A stretch of DNA of 64,000 nucleotides, taken from positions 752,785 to 816,784 of the forward strand of contig JBHLNF010000001.1 of assembly GCA_048937405.1 (NCBI GenBank), written 5' to 3'. The notes beneath the pieces were generated by a model that did no database searches, was not told the DNA's origin, and saw only the letters and a list, made by a program, of their open reading frames with translations. The stretch is from Promethearchaeota archaeon (GTDB lineage Archaea; Asgardarchaeota; Lokiarchaeia; Sigyniarchaeales; SOKP01). A program made the position numbers and the translations under genes. How positions within the stretch are numbered: the first letter of the stretch is position 1; each line of letters starts with the position of its first letter. Below, piece after piece: positions 1 through 9,580 of this stretch.

Positions 1-155
1 GTGACAAAACTATCAATATCTTTAAAATCTATACTTGGTACTTTCTTTAAACAATCCTCTATTGCTTCTCTCACTAACTCTGGCATATTTACATCCGATC
101 TTTTTGATGCATGTTCACTAAATCCTGCTGAAACTATTGCTACTTGTCGACCCAT
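1..155 (-). CDS. Thiolase-fold protein, Ltp3-like (5' part only; runs off the window)
   Basis: Not in the ORF track. ATG at 155, just after the stop of 157..1311; reads MGRQVAIVSAGFSEHASKRSDVNMPELVREAIEDCLKKVPSIDFKDIDSFV, a typical SCP-x/thiolase-like N-terminus resembling actinobacterial Ltp3 (..KRQDVSMNGLVREAI.., recalled). Confidence 0.8.
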   Translation of the reverse strand, partial: MGRQVAIVSAGFSEHASKRSDVNMPELVREAIEDCLKKVPSIDFKDIDSFV

Positions 156-156
156 T

Positions 157-1311
157 TTAATTATTCCCCTCCAACACATATAATATATTGTTTTGTGCAC
201 ACATTCCAATTTGACCAGAAGCAATAGCTTTCTTTGCATCATTAACCTGATACCCATCTGCCTTTCCTTTAAGTTGTTTAGCTGCTTCAATGATTCTAAT
301 TAATCCTGTAGCAAAGGGAGGATTTCCACCTATAGCACCCCCAGAGGGATTTATAGGCAATTCTCCTTTTATACTTGTATCTAGATTTGGGCCCTTACCT
401 TTTTCTGCGAGATTTAACGCTTCTGTAAATATAAGCTCTTCATGTGCGTATGACTCAAAAAACTCAACAACATCTATTTCTTTTCTAGGATTCTTAATTC
501 CTGCAGAATCAAAAGCCATTTTCCCCGCTAATTCCATTGATTTGCTATATGATAGATCTCTCTCCCCCAGATAATATGTGTCTTGACTATACCCTACTCC
601 AGTAATCCAAACAGGATCTTCAGTTATTTTTAAAGCTTGTTTCTCTGGTGCTAATAATATAGCAGCAATACCATCACAGGGTTGTGCAACCATTAACTCA
701 GTGACAGGATCAGAATAAATGTCTGAATCTAGTATATCTTTAATTGTGATATTTTCATTCTGAGCTTCTTTTAGAGCTAAAGGATTTTTACATGCATTCT
801 TTCTATTTTTAACAGCTACTTTAGCAATATTCTCGGCATCAATGCCATATTTTTCCATATATGCTCTCATTTGGAATCCACCGGCAGTGATATCATTTAC
901 ATACGCCATAGGTCTTTCCCAAGTTGGGTCTGTTTCGTATAATCTTGCAGAATGATATGGAAAGCATGATGCCATACTCCCTCCCCAAACGACAGCTAAT
1001 TTATGATTTCCTGATAATATCCTCATTAAACCATACAAAACAGCATAAGCACCATCCATTTCTACCTTACTTTCATCAACCAAATAACCTCCACCAACTT
1101 CAACGGTAAAACAATTTGATATTGTTCGACCCTCATAATAATCATTCGTACTAGATATAACAGTGGTAATATCTTTTTTCTTTAAACCTGCGCTATCAAT
1201 TGCTCCTCTTACCGCTTCAAATATCATATCATAACGACCATAATTTGCATCAGAATGTAATTTCACTTGATTATATCCTACGATCCCTACTTTTTGCATA
1301 ATTATTATCAC
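157..1311 (-). CDS. Thiolase-fold protein lacking the catalytic Cys, Ltp4-like
   Basis: Thiolase fold (VAVKNRKNA..NP, PCDGIAA, PINPSGG); DYYEGRTIS and ESKVEMDGAYA resemble Ltp4; no CxSG nucleophile motif. Confidence 0.8.
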   Translation of the reverse strand: MIIIMQKVGIVGYNQVKLHSDANYGRYDMIFEAVRGAIDSAGLKKKDITTVISSTNDYYEGRTISNCFTVEVGGGYLVDESKVEMDGAYAVLYGLMRILSGNHKLAVVWGGSMASCFPYHSARLYETDPTWERPMAYVNDITAGGFQMRAYMEKYGIDAENIAKVAVKNRKNACKNPLALKEAQNENITIKDILDSDIYSDPVTELMVAQPCDGIAAILLAPEKQALKITEDPVWITGVGYSQDTYYLGERDLSYSKSMELAGKMAFDSAGIKNPRKEIDVVEFFESYAHEELIFTEALNLAEKGKGPNLDTSIKGELPINPSGGAIGGNPPFATGLIRIIEAAKQLKGKADGYQVNDAKKAIASGQIGMCAQNNILYVLEGNN

Positions 1312-1314
1312 CTC

Positions 1315-1779
1315 TCATAATTTTGAAAATCCTTTTATATCTGAAGGATCTCCCTTAGTTTTTTCTTGCCATACAATTTTTAATTTCATTCCTATCTTCA
1401 CATCTTTTGGTTCAAGATCAAGCAAACGATAAACTATTGCGCTGTTACTTCCATCAATTTGAACCATCCCTATTATTTGAGGTTTTTTTACCTTTCGACT
1501 AGATCTATCACTAACCTTGTAATTAGTGACTGTATAGTTTTTTAAAACTCCAATATCTGTCAAATCAATCCAATCATCATTTAGAGATAGTTTTTCATTG
1601 CATTCTCCACAAATTTTTCGTGGTGGAACGAAAACATTTCCACACTTGGGACATTTATTTCCAATAATTTTCTTATTTTCAAGAGCATCATAGAATTTAT
1701 CCATGTATTGACCAACCCAAAAAGCAAATTCCGCTCTTACAGGTCCCTTATTAGTAATAATTACTTTATCTTTACTCAT
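1315..1779 (-). CDS. DUF35 Zn-ribbon/OB-fold acyl-CoA-binding protein
   Basis: CPKC..PPRKICGEC zinc ribbon followed by an OB-fold (VKIGMKLKIVW); operonic with the thiolase-like genes. Confidence 0.9.
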   Translation of the reverse strand: MSKDKVIITNKGPVRAEFAFWVGQYMDKFYDALENKKIIGNKCPKCGNVFVPPRKICGECNEKLSLNDDWIDLTDIGVLKNYTVTNYKVSDRSSRKVKKPQIIGMVQIDGSNSAIVYRLLDLEPKDVKIGMKLKIVWQEKTKGDPSDIKGFSKL

Positions 1780-1946
1780 ATCAATTTTTCTAATTATTAA
1801 TTTCGATAATATTTTATTATGAATGAATTATATAAATAATTTTAAAAAGAATAAATTCTCAATATTTCTGACCTTGTAGTTGTTTTTCTTGATTTATTAT
1901 CTCTAAGAAAGAATAAAAACTTGAGATTAAAATCTATAATTTTAAA

Positions 1947-3524
1947 TTGAATCTGATAAAACTATTTTTTATGAGTGAGAGTATTTATGATAAAAGTAGA
2001 ATTGTCGATAGTTATCCCTTAATTGTTATAGGAGCAGGTCTTGGAGGTCTTGGTGCGGCGTGTCAACTTGCGCTTGCAGGGAAAAAAGTATTATTATTAG
2101 AAAAGCAAAATGTTCCTGGTGGATTTGCAACATCCTTCATAAGAGGCAGGTTTGAATTTGAAGGATCTTTACATGTTTTAAGTGAAATTGGAACTAATGA
2201 AAATAAAGGTAATTTATATATATTCCTGGAAAGATTAGGAATAGTTCCTGATAAACTTCAGTTTAAACAAATTCCAGAGTTTTATAGAAGTATATTTTTT
2301 GATGGCTATGATGTAACCATACCAATCGGCATAGAAGAATATGCTGAAAAACTGATTGAATTATTTCCTTCTGAAAAAGAAGGAATTATAAAATTTGTAG
2401 ATATGTGTCAAAAGGTTTTAGATGGTATTGAATATGTAGCGAGAAGAAGAGGAAAATTTTCACCAGCAGAAATCCTTAAAGAGCATCCCTGGCTCATTCG
2501 TATTTCAGCTATAACATTACAGGAATTAATCGATAAATTCTTCACAAATAAACGTCTCATGTCAGTTATTGCTCAGTTATGGGGTGATTTAGGGTTACCT
2601 CCATCTAGAGTAAATGCGTATGCATACATAGCCATGCTAATTGGATTTTTAAAATGGGGTGCTGCTTTCCCAATAGGAAGATCGCATGCATTAACTACTG
2701 CTATGGTAAAAGCTCTTGAAGAATTAGGTGGGGAAATTAGATATAATGCTTTAGTTAATCGAATACTTGTTAAAAATAAAAGAATTTGTGGTGTAGAACT
2801 TTATAATGGTGATGTTTATCAATGTAATGCTGTAATTTCAAATGTCAATCCAATATGCACCACAATGAAAATGCTTCCCTCTGATCTTGTTCCTGATGAA
2901 TACAAAAAGCAAATATATGCTCCTGAAATCGGAACCTCAGCATTTTCAGTATATTTAGGATTAAATACATCCTATAAGGATTTGGGATTTAATACTCATG
3001 AGATATTTATAAATGGAACAGATGATTTAAATAAGGCGTATGAAGTATCAACTAAACTAGAACCTCCAAAATATATTATAGCTGCATGTTATAATCATGT
3101 TTATGAAGATATAAGCCCTCCAGGCACAACTCAACTTGTTCTTACTGCATTACAAATGGGAAAAATATGGCAAACAGTATCCCCTGATCAATATTTTAGC
3201 ATAAAAGACTATATTGCAGATAAAATGGTGGAATTAATCAAAAATACAATTTGTCCAAATATTCGTGAATATATAGAAGTAGCCGAAGTAGCGACACCAC
3301 TTACTTATTATCGATATTCAAAAAATATTGAAGGAGCTATACTTGGATATACCCAAGATTTATTAAATGGACCAACGCTTAGATTAAAAAGTCGAGGATC
3401 AATTCCTGGATTATATCAAAGTGGTGCTTGGACGAATTTTGGAGGTGGCTTTTCCACAAGTATTCTTAGCGGAAGGATTGCTGCAGGAATGTATTTAAAA
3501 GATGAAAAAGAAGGGAGGTGGTAA
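1947..3524 (+). CDS. Phytoene desaturase/retinol saturase-family FAD oxidoreductase (start probably ATG 1971)
   Basis: GAGLGG Rossmann motif, LLEKQNVPGG..TSF.RG.FEFE, ATPLTYYRY, C-terminal GLYQSGAW..GGG. Confidence 0.85.
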   Translation: MNLIKLFFMSESIYDKSRIVDSYPLIVIGAGLGGLGAACQLALAGKKVLLLEKQNVPGGFATSFIRGRFEFEGSLHVLSEIGTNENKGNLYIFLERLGIVPDKLQFKQIPEFYRSIFFDGYDVTIPIGIEEYAEKLIELFPSEKEGIIKFVDMCQKVLDGIEYVARRRGKFSPAEILKEHPWLIRISAITLQELIDKFFTNKRLMSVIAQLWGDLGLPPSRVNAYAYIAMLIGFLKWGAAFPIGRSHALTTAMVKALEELGGEIRYNALVNRILVKNKRICGVELYNGDVYQCNAVISNVNPICTTMKMLPSDLVPDEYKKQIYAPEIGTSAFSVYLGLNTSYKDLGFNTHEIFINGTDDLNKAYEVSTKLEPPKYIIAACYNHVYEDISPPGTTQLVLTALQMGKIWQTVSPDQYFSIKDYIADKMVELIKNTICPNIREYIEVAEVATPLTYYRYSKNIEGAILGYTQDLLNGPTLRLKSRGSIPGLYQSGAWTNFGGGFSTSILSGRIAAGMYLKDEKEGRW

Positions 3525-3542
3525 CAAATCGAAAATGAGATA

Positions 3543-4727
3543 ATGAATGATGTAAAGAAATATCAGAAGCTTGAAAAATTAAAAAAAATGCGAGATGAAA
3601 TTACCCAAATTCCTTGGTATTTTGATGGCCTTGAAAAATTATGTAATCGGATCCATCCCGAAATCCAATTATTACAGGTCACTGATATACAAAATCTTTC
3701 TAAGGATACTAAATTATTCCGTTTTGTTTCAGCTAGGCAACATACACCATTAGCACCATTTAGAGCAGGTCAATATATTGGTCTTACAGTGGAAATTAAT
3801 GGAGTAATAACATCTAGACCCTTTTCACTTGTTTCATCTCCTAATCAACTCGCATATTATGAAATAGGAGTAAAAAGAAAAAAGAATGGTTTTGTCAGTG
3901 TTTATTTATTTGACAATTTAAAAGTAGGAGATATATTAAAAGCAACAGAACCGTTAGGAGAATTGTATTATAATCGTATTTTTCATGGAAAAGATTTAGT
4001 TTTTATTGCTGGTGGTTCTGGAATTATGCCATTCATTTCTATATTGAGAGATATCTCTCAACGAAATGTAAGATTGAATATCTGGCTATTATTTGGTTGT
4101 GTATCTGAGGATGATATTTTATTTAAAGATGAACTTAAAGATTTAGTAAATAGACGATCTAATATCAAAGTTGAATATATTATTACAGAACCGAACCCAC
4201 ATTGGGAAGGAGAATGTGGATTTATTACTAGCGATAAAATTTTAAATCAGATAAAATCAATTGAAAATAAATTCTTTTATGTAGTTGGAAACCGTGCAAT
4301 GTATTCATTCATAAAAGAACAATTAAAAGAATTAAGAATCCTTCCACATCGAGTTTTATATGAATCCTATGGTGTGCCTGATGATGTTACAAAAATAATA
4401 GGATGGCCAAAAGATATTACTGCAGCAAATACTATAAAAATCACTATAGAATTCATGCAAAAAGGAGGGAAGGTTAAAAAGGTAATTGAAGCTCAATGTA
4501 TTGAACCTATATTAAATACCCTTGAAAGAGAAAAAGATCTAGATATACATATTAAAAATGGATGTCGTTCAGGAGTATGTGCTTGGTGTAGAACTAAGTT
4601 AGTCTCAGGGAATGTTTTTATGCTTCCAGAAGTTAAAATGAGGGAAATTGATCAAAACTATAGTTATATTCATCCATGTGTTTCATACCCATTAACTGAT
4701 ATTCATATTGATCTAACTTCAATCTAA
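3543..4727 (+). CDS. Ferredoxin-NADP reductase-like flavoprotein with C-terminal [2Fe-2S] domain
   Basis: FRAGQY, RPFSLVS, GFVS, AGGSGIMPF, and CRSGVCAWC...C [2Fe-2S] motif. Confidence 0.9.
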   Translation: MNDVKKYQKLEKLKKMRDEITQIPWYFDGLEKLCNRIHPEIQLLQVTDIQNLSKDTKLFRFVSARQHTPLAPFRAGQYIGLTVEINGVITSRPFSLVSSPNQLAYYEIGVKRKKNGFVSVYLFDNLKVGDILKATEPLGELYYNRIFHGKDLVFIAGGSGIMPFISILRDISQRNVRLNIWLLFGCVSEDDILFKDELKDLVNRRSNIKVEYIITEPNPHWEGECGFITSDKILNQIKSIENKFFYVVGNRAMYSFIKEQLKELRILPHRVLYESYGVPDDVTKIIGWPKDITAANTIKITIEFMQKGGKVKKVIEAQCIEPILNTLEREKDLDIHIKNGCRSGVCAWCRTKLVSGNVFMLPEVKMREIDQNYSYIHPCVSYPLTDIHIDLTSI

Positions 4728-4783
4728 TATCAAAAAATTGAAAAAAAAGAATTCAAAAGAATAATAAAAAAATTAGTTAAAAA

Positions 4784-5608
4784 TTACTTCCATTCCCATT
4801 TGGGTTCAGTTCTTTGTAAACGAGCAAGTCCAGCATTTTTTGTATCTTTTGTTTGAAATAATTGAGAACTTACCAAAGTTTCAAGTTCTAAACCAAACGA
4901 AGTATCTTTACCATAGCAATCATCGATTAATTTTTTAGAAAGCCCAACTGCCAAAGGAGCACTACTCATTATTTCATCAGAATACATTTCAATAATGGAA
5001 TCTAAATCATTCCGATCTTTTGCAACTCGATTAACTACTCCAAGTTTATAAGCCTCATTTCCATCAAATTGACGTGCTGTCAAAATAATATCTTTAGCAC
5101 TCTGGATACCAACAATTCTAGTTAATCTAATCGTACCACCTACGTCAGGATTAATACCCACCTTATTTTCTAACATTGAAAATTTTGTAGATTCAGTACA
5201 AAATCGGAAATCACACGCTAAAGCTAACTCAAATGCCATGCCAAAACAAAATCCATTAATTTTAGCAATTACAGGTTTTTCCATTTTTTCAATTTTAGTA
5301 AAAATTGGATGAATCCATGTATTAGCAAAATATCTGAAATTTCTGGGGATTCCGAAGTCAGGAATACGACCCTCAGGATCCTTTTCTTGCCCAGTTAAAA
5401 ATTTTAAATCAATGCCTGAACTAAAGAATTCATCTCCTCCAGTTACAATTACAACTCTAGCATTAGTTCGTTCAACTTTATCAATTGCAGTTTGAAGACC
5501 TCTCATTAACTCATAATTTAATGCATTTTTTTTCTCTAATCGATTCATTTTTATAGTAATTATACTCTTATCTTCATTTTCCTCTATTAAAACAATATTT
5601 TCAGACAA
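4784..5608 (-). CDS. Enoyl-CoA hydratase/isomerase (crotonase family)
   Basis: KKNAL, FSSGIDL, GMAFELALACDFR, ENKVGINPDVGG. Confidence 0.9.
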   Translation of the reverse strand: MSENIVLIEENEDKSIITIKMNRLEKKNALNYELMRGLQTAIDKVERTNARVVIVTGGDEFFSSGIDLKFLTGQEKDPEGRIPDFGIPRNFRYFANTWIHPIFTKIEKMEKPVIAKINGFCFGMAFELALACDFRFCTESTKFSMLENKVGINPDVGGTIRLTRIVGIQSAKDIILTARQFDGNEAYKLGVVNRVAKDRNDLDSIIEMYSDEIMSSAPLAVGLSKKLIDDCYGKDTSFGLELETLVSSQLFQTKDTKNAGLARLQRTEPKWEWK

Positions 5609-5839
5609 TTTTTTTCACTTTTGAAATTTAATTTTTGAGTATTATAATTATATATTGATAAAAAAATTAATTTATTCTTAATTTTAAGCAAATAGTAAAT
5701 AAACTCTGTTTTCTATTCTCCAAAATTGCTGTCCTCTTTAAAAAAATGAATAAAGGTTGATACACGCTTTAAATTCTAAATAAATTTTAATAAATTACCA
5801 TTTTATACTTAATAAATGAGTATATAATGAGGATTAAAA

Positions 5840-7852
5840 TTGAAGTTCTTTAAACTGTTTACACCTTTTAAAATTAGGAATATGACTATCTCCAACCGTA
5901 TTGTCATGCCTGCTTTAAATCTTAATCTTGCCAATAATGGATTTATTACAAAAAAATTAATTGATTTTTATAGTGAAAGAGCAAAAGGAGGGGCAGGTAT
6001 GTTGATTATAGGGGGATGTTATGTAGATATCTATGGAAAAGGATTACCCCCCATGATCTCGATTGAGAGTGATGAATACCTTCCAAAATTAACAGAATTT
6101 GTTGAAACTATTCATAAAATTAGAGATGATATAAAGATAGTTTGTCAATTATACCATAGTGGAGCATATACACTACCTCAGATAATTGGAAAACTTCCAA
6201 TTGCACCCTCTGCTGTATATAACAACTTCAGTAAAACAACACCAAGAGAAATGACTATTGAAGATATCAAGCGAGAACAACAAGCTTTCGCTGATGCAAC
6301 TATACGAGCAAAAAAAGCAGGATTTGATGCTGTGGAAATTTGTGCTAATGCGGGGTATTTATTTACTCAATTTGTATCTCCAAAGACAAATATTCGAACT
6401 GATGAATATGGTGGTAGTTTTGAAAATCGCTTAAGATTTCCCATTGAAACAATTGAATTAATGAGATCAAGTGTAGGTGAGTTTCCCATTGGATATCGGA
6501 TATCAGGAGATGATTTTGTACCAGATAGTAATACGTATAAAGAGAAAGCTATAGTAGCAGAATGCCTAGCTAAAAACTTAGATTATATTAACGTTACTGG
6601 TGGTTGGCATGAGACTAAAGTTCCTCAAACAACCATGGATGTTCCAGAAGGATGCTATGCATATTTAGCTGAAAATATTAAGAACAATGTTTCAATACCC
6701 GTATTTGCTTCCAATCGGATAAATACCCCCGAATTAGCAGAACAAATTTTAATGGCAAGAAAGGCAGATGCCATTTGTATGGGTAGAGCATTGATAGCTG
6801 ATCCTTATTTGCCTAATAAAGCAAAAAAAGGGGAAATAAGAGACATTATGAGTTGTATTGGATGCAATCAAGGATGTTTTGATGCTATATTTAAAATGAA
6901 AGCAATCTCTTGTTTAAGGAACGCACGAGTAGCAAATGAATCAAGAACTGAATTAAATCCTCTTAAAGAAAAGAAAAAAATCATGGTAATTGGAGCTGGA
7001 CCAGGTGGTTTAGAAGCTGCAAGAATTGCCGCGATGAGAGGACATGAAGTTCATGTTTTTGAAAAGGATGACAAAATTGGAGGGTTATTAAACATTATCT
7101 GGATACCACCGGGAAGAAATGAATTCAAAAGAATGATTGACAATTATTCTTATTGGATTCAAAAGTATGGAATACAATTACATCTCGAACAAGAAGTCAC
7201 AATAGATACTGTTAAAAAATTTAATCCAAATGTAGTTTTTCTATCAACTGGATCAATTCCAATCACACCATCAATTCCAGGAATAGATAGAGAAAATGTT
7301 TATTGGGCGAACGATGTCTTTAGCGGAGAAGCTCCAATTGGAAAAAATAATGTAATCATTGGTGGAGGTGCTACAGGGATCGAACTCGCAATTTATTTAG
7401 CTAAATATGGGACTTTAAGCCTTGAAGCATTTGATTTTCTTACTCAATATAGAGCATTAGACCCAGAAACTGCTCTTGATATGCTACAGAGTGGGAGAAA
7501 TAAAGTAACTGTATTAGAACAATTACCAAAACTAGGTACTGCTCTTGGAAGAACAACAAAATGGGTACTTCTGGATAAGTGTGATGCTTTGGGAGTTAAG
7601 TTTCGAACTAGTGTTAAAATTAAAGAAATTGGAAAAAATTTTATAAGTTTTTTTGATGCAGGAGATAAAGAACAAATAATTAATGAGGTAGATATGGTAT
7701 ACTATGCTACTGGAGTAAAGCCAAATGATGCTCTCTTCAAGGAAATAAAACAACTAGGAAATATCAAAATCCAAAAAATTGGAGATGTTAAAAAACCAGA
7801 AACAGTTTTGGAAGCAATTCACAGGGCGTATAAACTAGCAAATAGCATATGA
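5840..7852 (+). CDS. fadH: 2,4-dienoyl-CoA reductase-like (OYE TIM barrel + 4Fe-4S + FAD domain)
   Basis: NRIVMP, ERAKGG, RTDEYGGSFENRLRF, CIGCNQGC..C, GAGPGGLEAA, GGGATG. Confidence 0.85.
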   Translation: MKFFKLFTPFKIRNMTISNRIVMPALNLNLANNGFITKKLIDFYSERAKGGAGMLIIGGCYVDIYGKGLPPMISIESDEYLPKLTEFVETIHKIRDDIKIVCQLYHSGAYTLPQIIGKLPIAPSAVYNNFSKTTPREMTIEDIKREQQAFADATIRAKKAGFDAVEICANAGYLFTQFVSPKTNIRTDEYGGSFENRLRFPIETIELMRSSVGEFPIGYRISGDDFVPDSNTYKEKAIVAECLAKNLDYINVTGGWHETKVPQTTMDVPEGCYAYLAENIKNNVSIPVFASNRINTPELAEQILMARKADAICMGRALIADPYLPNKAKKGEIRDIMSCIGCNQGCFDAIFKMKAISCLRNARVANESRTELNPLKEKKKIMVIGAGPGGLEAARIAAMRGHEVHVFEKDDKIGGLLNIIWIPPGRNEFKRMIDNYSYWIQKYGIQLHLEQEVTIDTVKKFNPNVVFLSTGSIPITPSIPGIDRENVYWANDVFSGEAPIGKNNVIIGGGATGIELAIYLAKYGTLSLEAFDFLTQYRALDPETALDMLQSGRNKVTVLEQLPKLGTALGRTTKWVLLDKCDALGVKFRTSVKIKEIGKNFISFFDAGDKEQIINEVDMVYYATGVKPNDALFKEIKQLGNIKIQKIGDVKKPETVLEAIHRAYKLANSI

Positions 7853-7916
7853 TATAATAAATTCTTTTTAACTTCCTTTATGTGAAAATTAATATAAAAA
7901 TAAGAAAAAAAATTAA

Positions 7917-8792
7917 TTATCTTTTGTATTGAAGCATAAAATTTACTAACTCTGAATTTGATTTTAATACTTTATATTGATCTGATTTTATTTTTTCTTC
8001 AGATAATTTAACTAGTTCTTTAGGTTCTAGTTCCCTTTCCTTAAACTCATTCATTAAAGTTGGAAGAAAATCACAAATTGTATGTAATTCTATTATTTTC
8101 CCTTTGTATTTTTTCTTTGCTAAATCACTTGCAAGAAATACGTAAGCAGGGGAAATAAATTCTGGTGGAACAGTTACAGGCATTTGTTGACCCCATTTTC
8201 TTAGATCCTCTGCAAACTTAGTTTCAACGCCAGCTGGTGTTAAAACATTAATAATTATATTATATGGTTTTAATTCTAAATTCAAACATTTACCCATTGC
8301 AACAATAGCAGCCTTTGAAGCAGAATACGCAACCTTATTCGGAGGAAAATAAACATTCCCTTGTACAGAAGAAGTCATTACTATACTACCACTTTTTTGT
8401 TCAATCATTTTAGGTAATACTTCTTTTATCATCGCATAATAACTCATAAAATTGAGATTAATCATTTTCTGAGCCATTTCAATAGGATAATCAACAACTG
8501 AAGCTACTTGAGTCATTCCAGCATTATTAATAAGAATATCTATTTTTCCAAACTCATCAAAGTGAGTTTCAGCACAATTTTTAACGCCATCTAATGTCGA
8601 TAAATCGGCGGGAATTGCTAGACCCTTTACTCCAAACTTTTCAAGATCTTCTTTAGTTTTATTTAATTCTGCTTTAGTTCGAGCAGTTACGGCAACATCA
8701 GCACCATTTCTAGCAAGATCTAGAGCAACTTCCCTACCAATACCACGTCCTCCTCCAGTTACTAATGCAATTTTCCCTTCTAATAAATTCAT
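7917..8792 (-). CDS. Short-chain dehydrogenase/reductase (FabG-like)
   Basis: TGGGRGIG, NNAG, YSASK catalytic motif. Confidence 0.9.
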   Translation of the reverse strand: MNLLEGKIALVTGGGRGIGREVALDLARNGADVAVTARTKAELNKTKEDLEKFGVKGLAIPADLSTLDGVKNCAETHFDEFGKIDILINNAGMTQVASVVDYPIEMAQKMINLNFMSYYAMIKEVLPKMIEQKSGSIVMTSSVQGNVYFPPNKVAYSASKAAIVAMGKCLNLELKPYNIIINVLTPAGVETKFAEDLRKWGQQMPVTVPPEFISPAYVFLASDLAKKKYKGKIIELHTICDFLPTLMNEFKERELEPKELVKLSEEKIKSDQYKVLKSNSELVNFMLQYKR

Positions 8793-8973
8793 AAATCCTC
8801 ACTATTTAGTGTTTAAGTGAATATGATTTCAAATTAATTAAATTAATTGATCTTTATGTACTAAGATAATTTAAAAATTTTTTTTCATAGCTTTTAATTA
8901 GAAAAATTTTGAATTGGTCTTTTTAATTGAATTACAATTATAAATTAAAAAAAAAAGAAAATTATAGAAAATA

Positions 8974-9576
8974 TTAAAAAGTAAAACCATCAGGTAGTTC
9001 CGATTCTGTTATACCTTCAACAACAAACATTAAATCCATAATTGTATAAGTTGGGCTTTTTGTTCGAAAAATTGGTATTACTCTTTTTCCAATTTCAGGT
9101 TCTCCTACAGCTAAAATGCTCATAAGAATTGTAACTACTTCTTCATCAAATTCGACATTTATAAATTTAATTGGTTTTGGTAATATATTAAAAGCTCCAG
9201 AACGATGAGTAATGATAAATGAGTGGATTTTAGCAATTTTTTGAGCTTTTTCAGTTATATCTACAACAGTATTTTTTCTTAGGCAGTCTGGACAAAAAAT
9301 TCGAAATGGTTCATATACCGAACCTTTAGTTTCACATTTTTCATTATCACACCTTGAAGCCATAAGTTTTCCTTTGCCAAGAGAATCGAAAAATATAGCC
9401 TCTCCACCATATGAGTGGATATATGTCATATCTCTAGGATTTGTTACACCCGCTAATTTTCCAGTTTCCTTATTATAAATAGGTTGATTTGCTTCAATTA
9501 TATGAAATATTCCACGAGGTTTATATCTACCATTAATTATATCTACAAAACCTTTTTCTTCTTCTGTTTTAGGCAT
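8974..9576 (-). CDS. DUF35 Zn-ribbon/OB-fold protein
   Basis: CDNEKC...FCPDC plus OB-fold; 4 bp downstream of a thiolase-fold gene. Confidence 0.8.
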   Translation of the reverse strand: MPKTEEEKGFVDIINGRYKPRGIFHIIEANQPIYNKETGKLAGVTNPRDMTYIHSYGGEAIFFDSLGKGKLMASRCDNEKCETKGSVYEPFRIFCPDCLRKNTVVDITEKAQKIAKIHSFIITHRSGAFNILPKPIKFINVEFDEEVVTILMSILAVGEPEIGKRVIPIFRTKSPTYTIMDLMFVVEGITESELPDGFTF

Positions 9577-9580
9577 TTTT

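Noticed and set aside
1-183. ORF-track 60-aa plus-strand ORF
   Set aside because: It is the antisense shadow of the minus-strand thiolase-like genes
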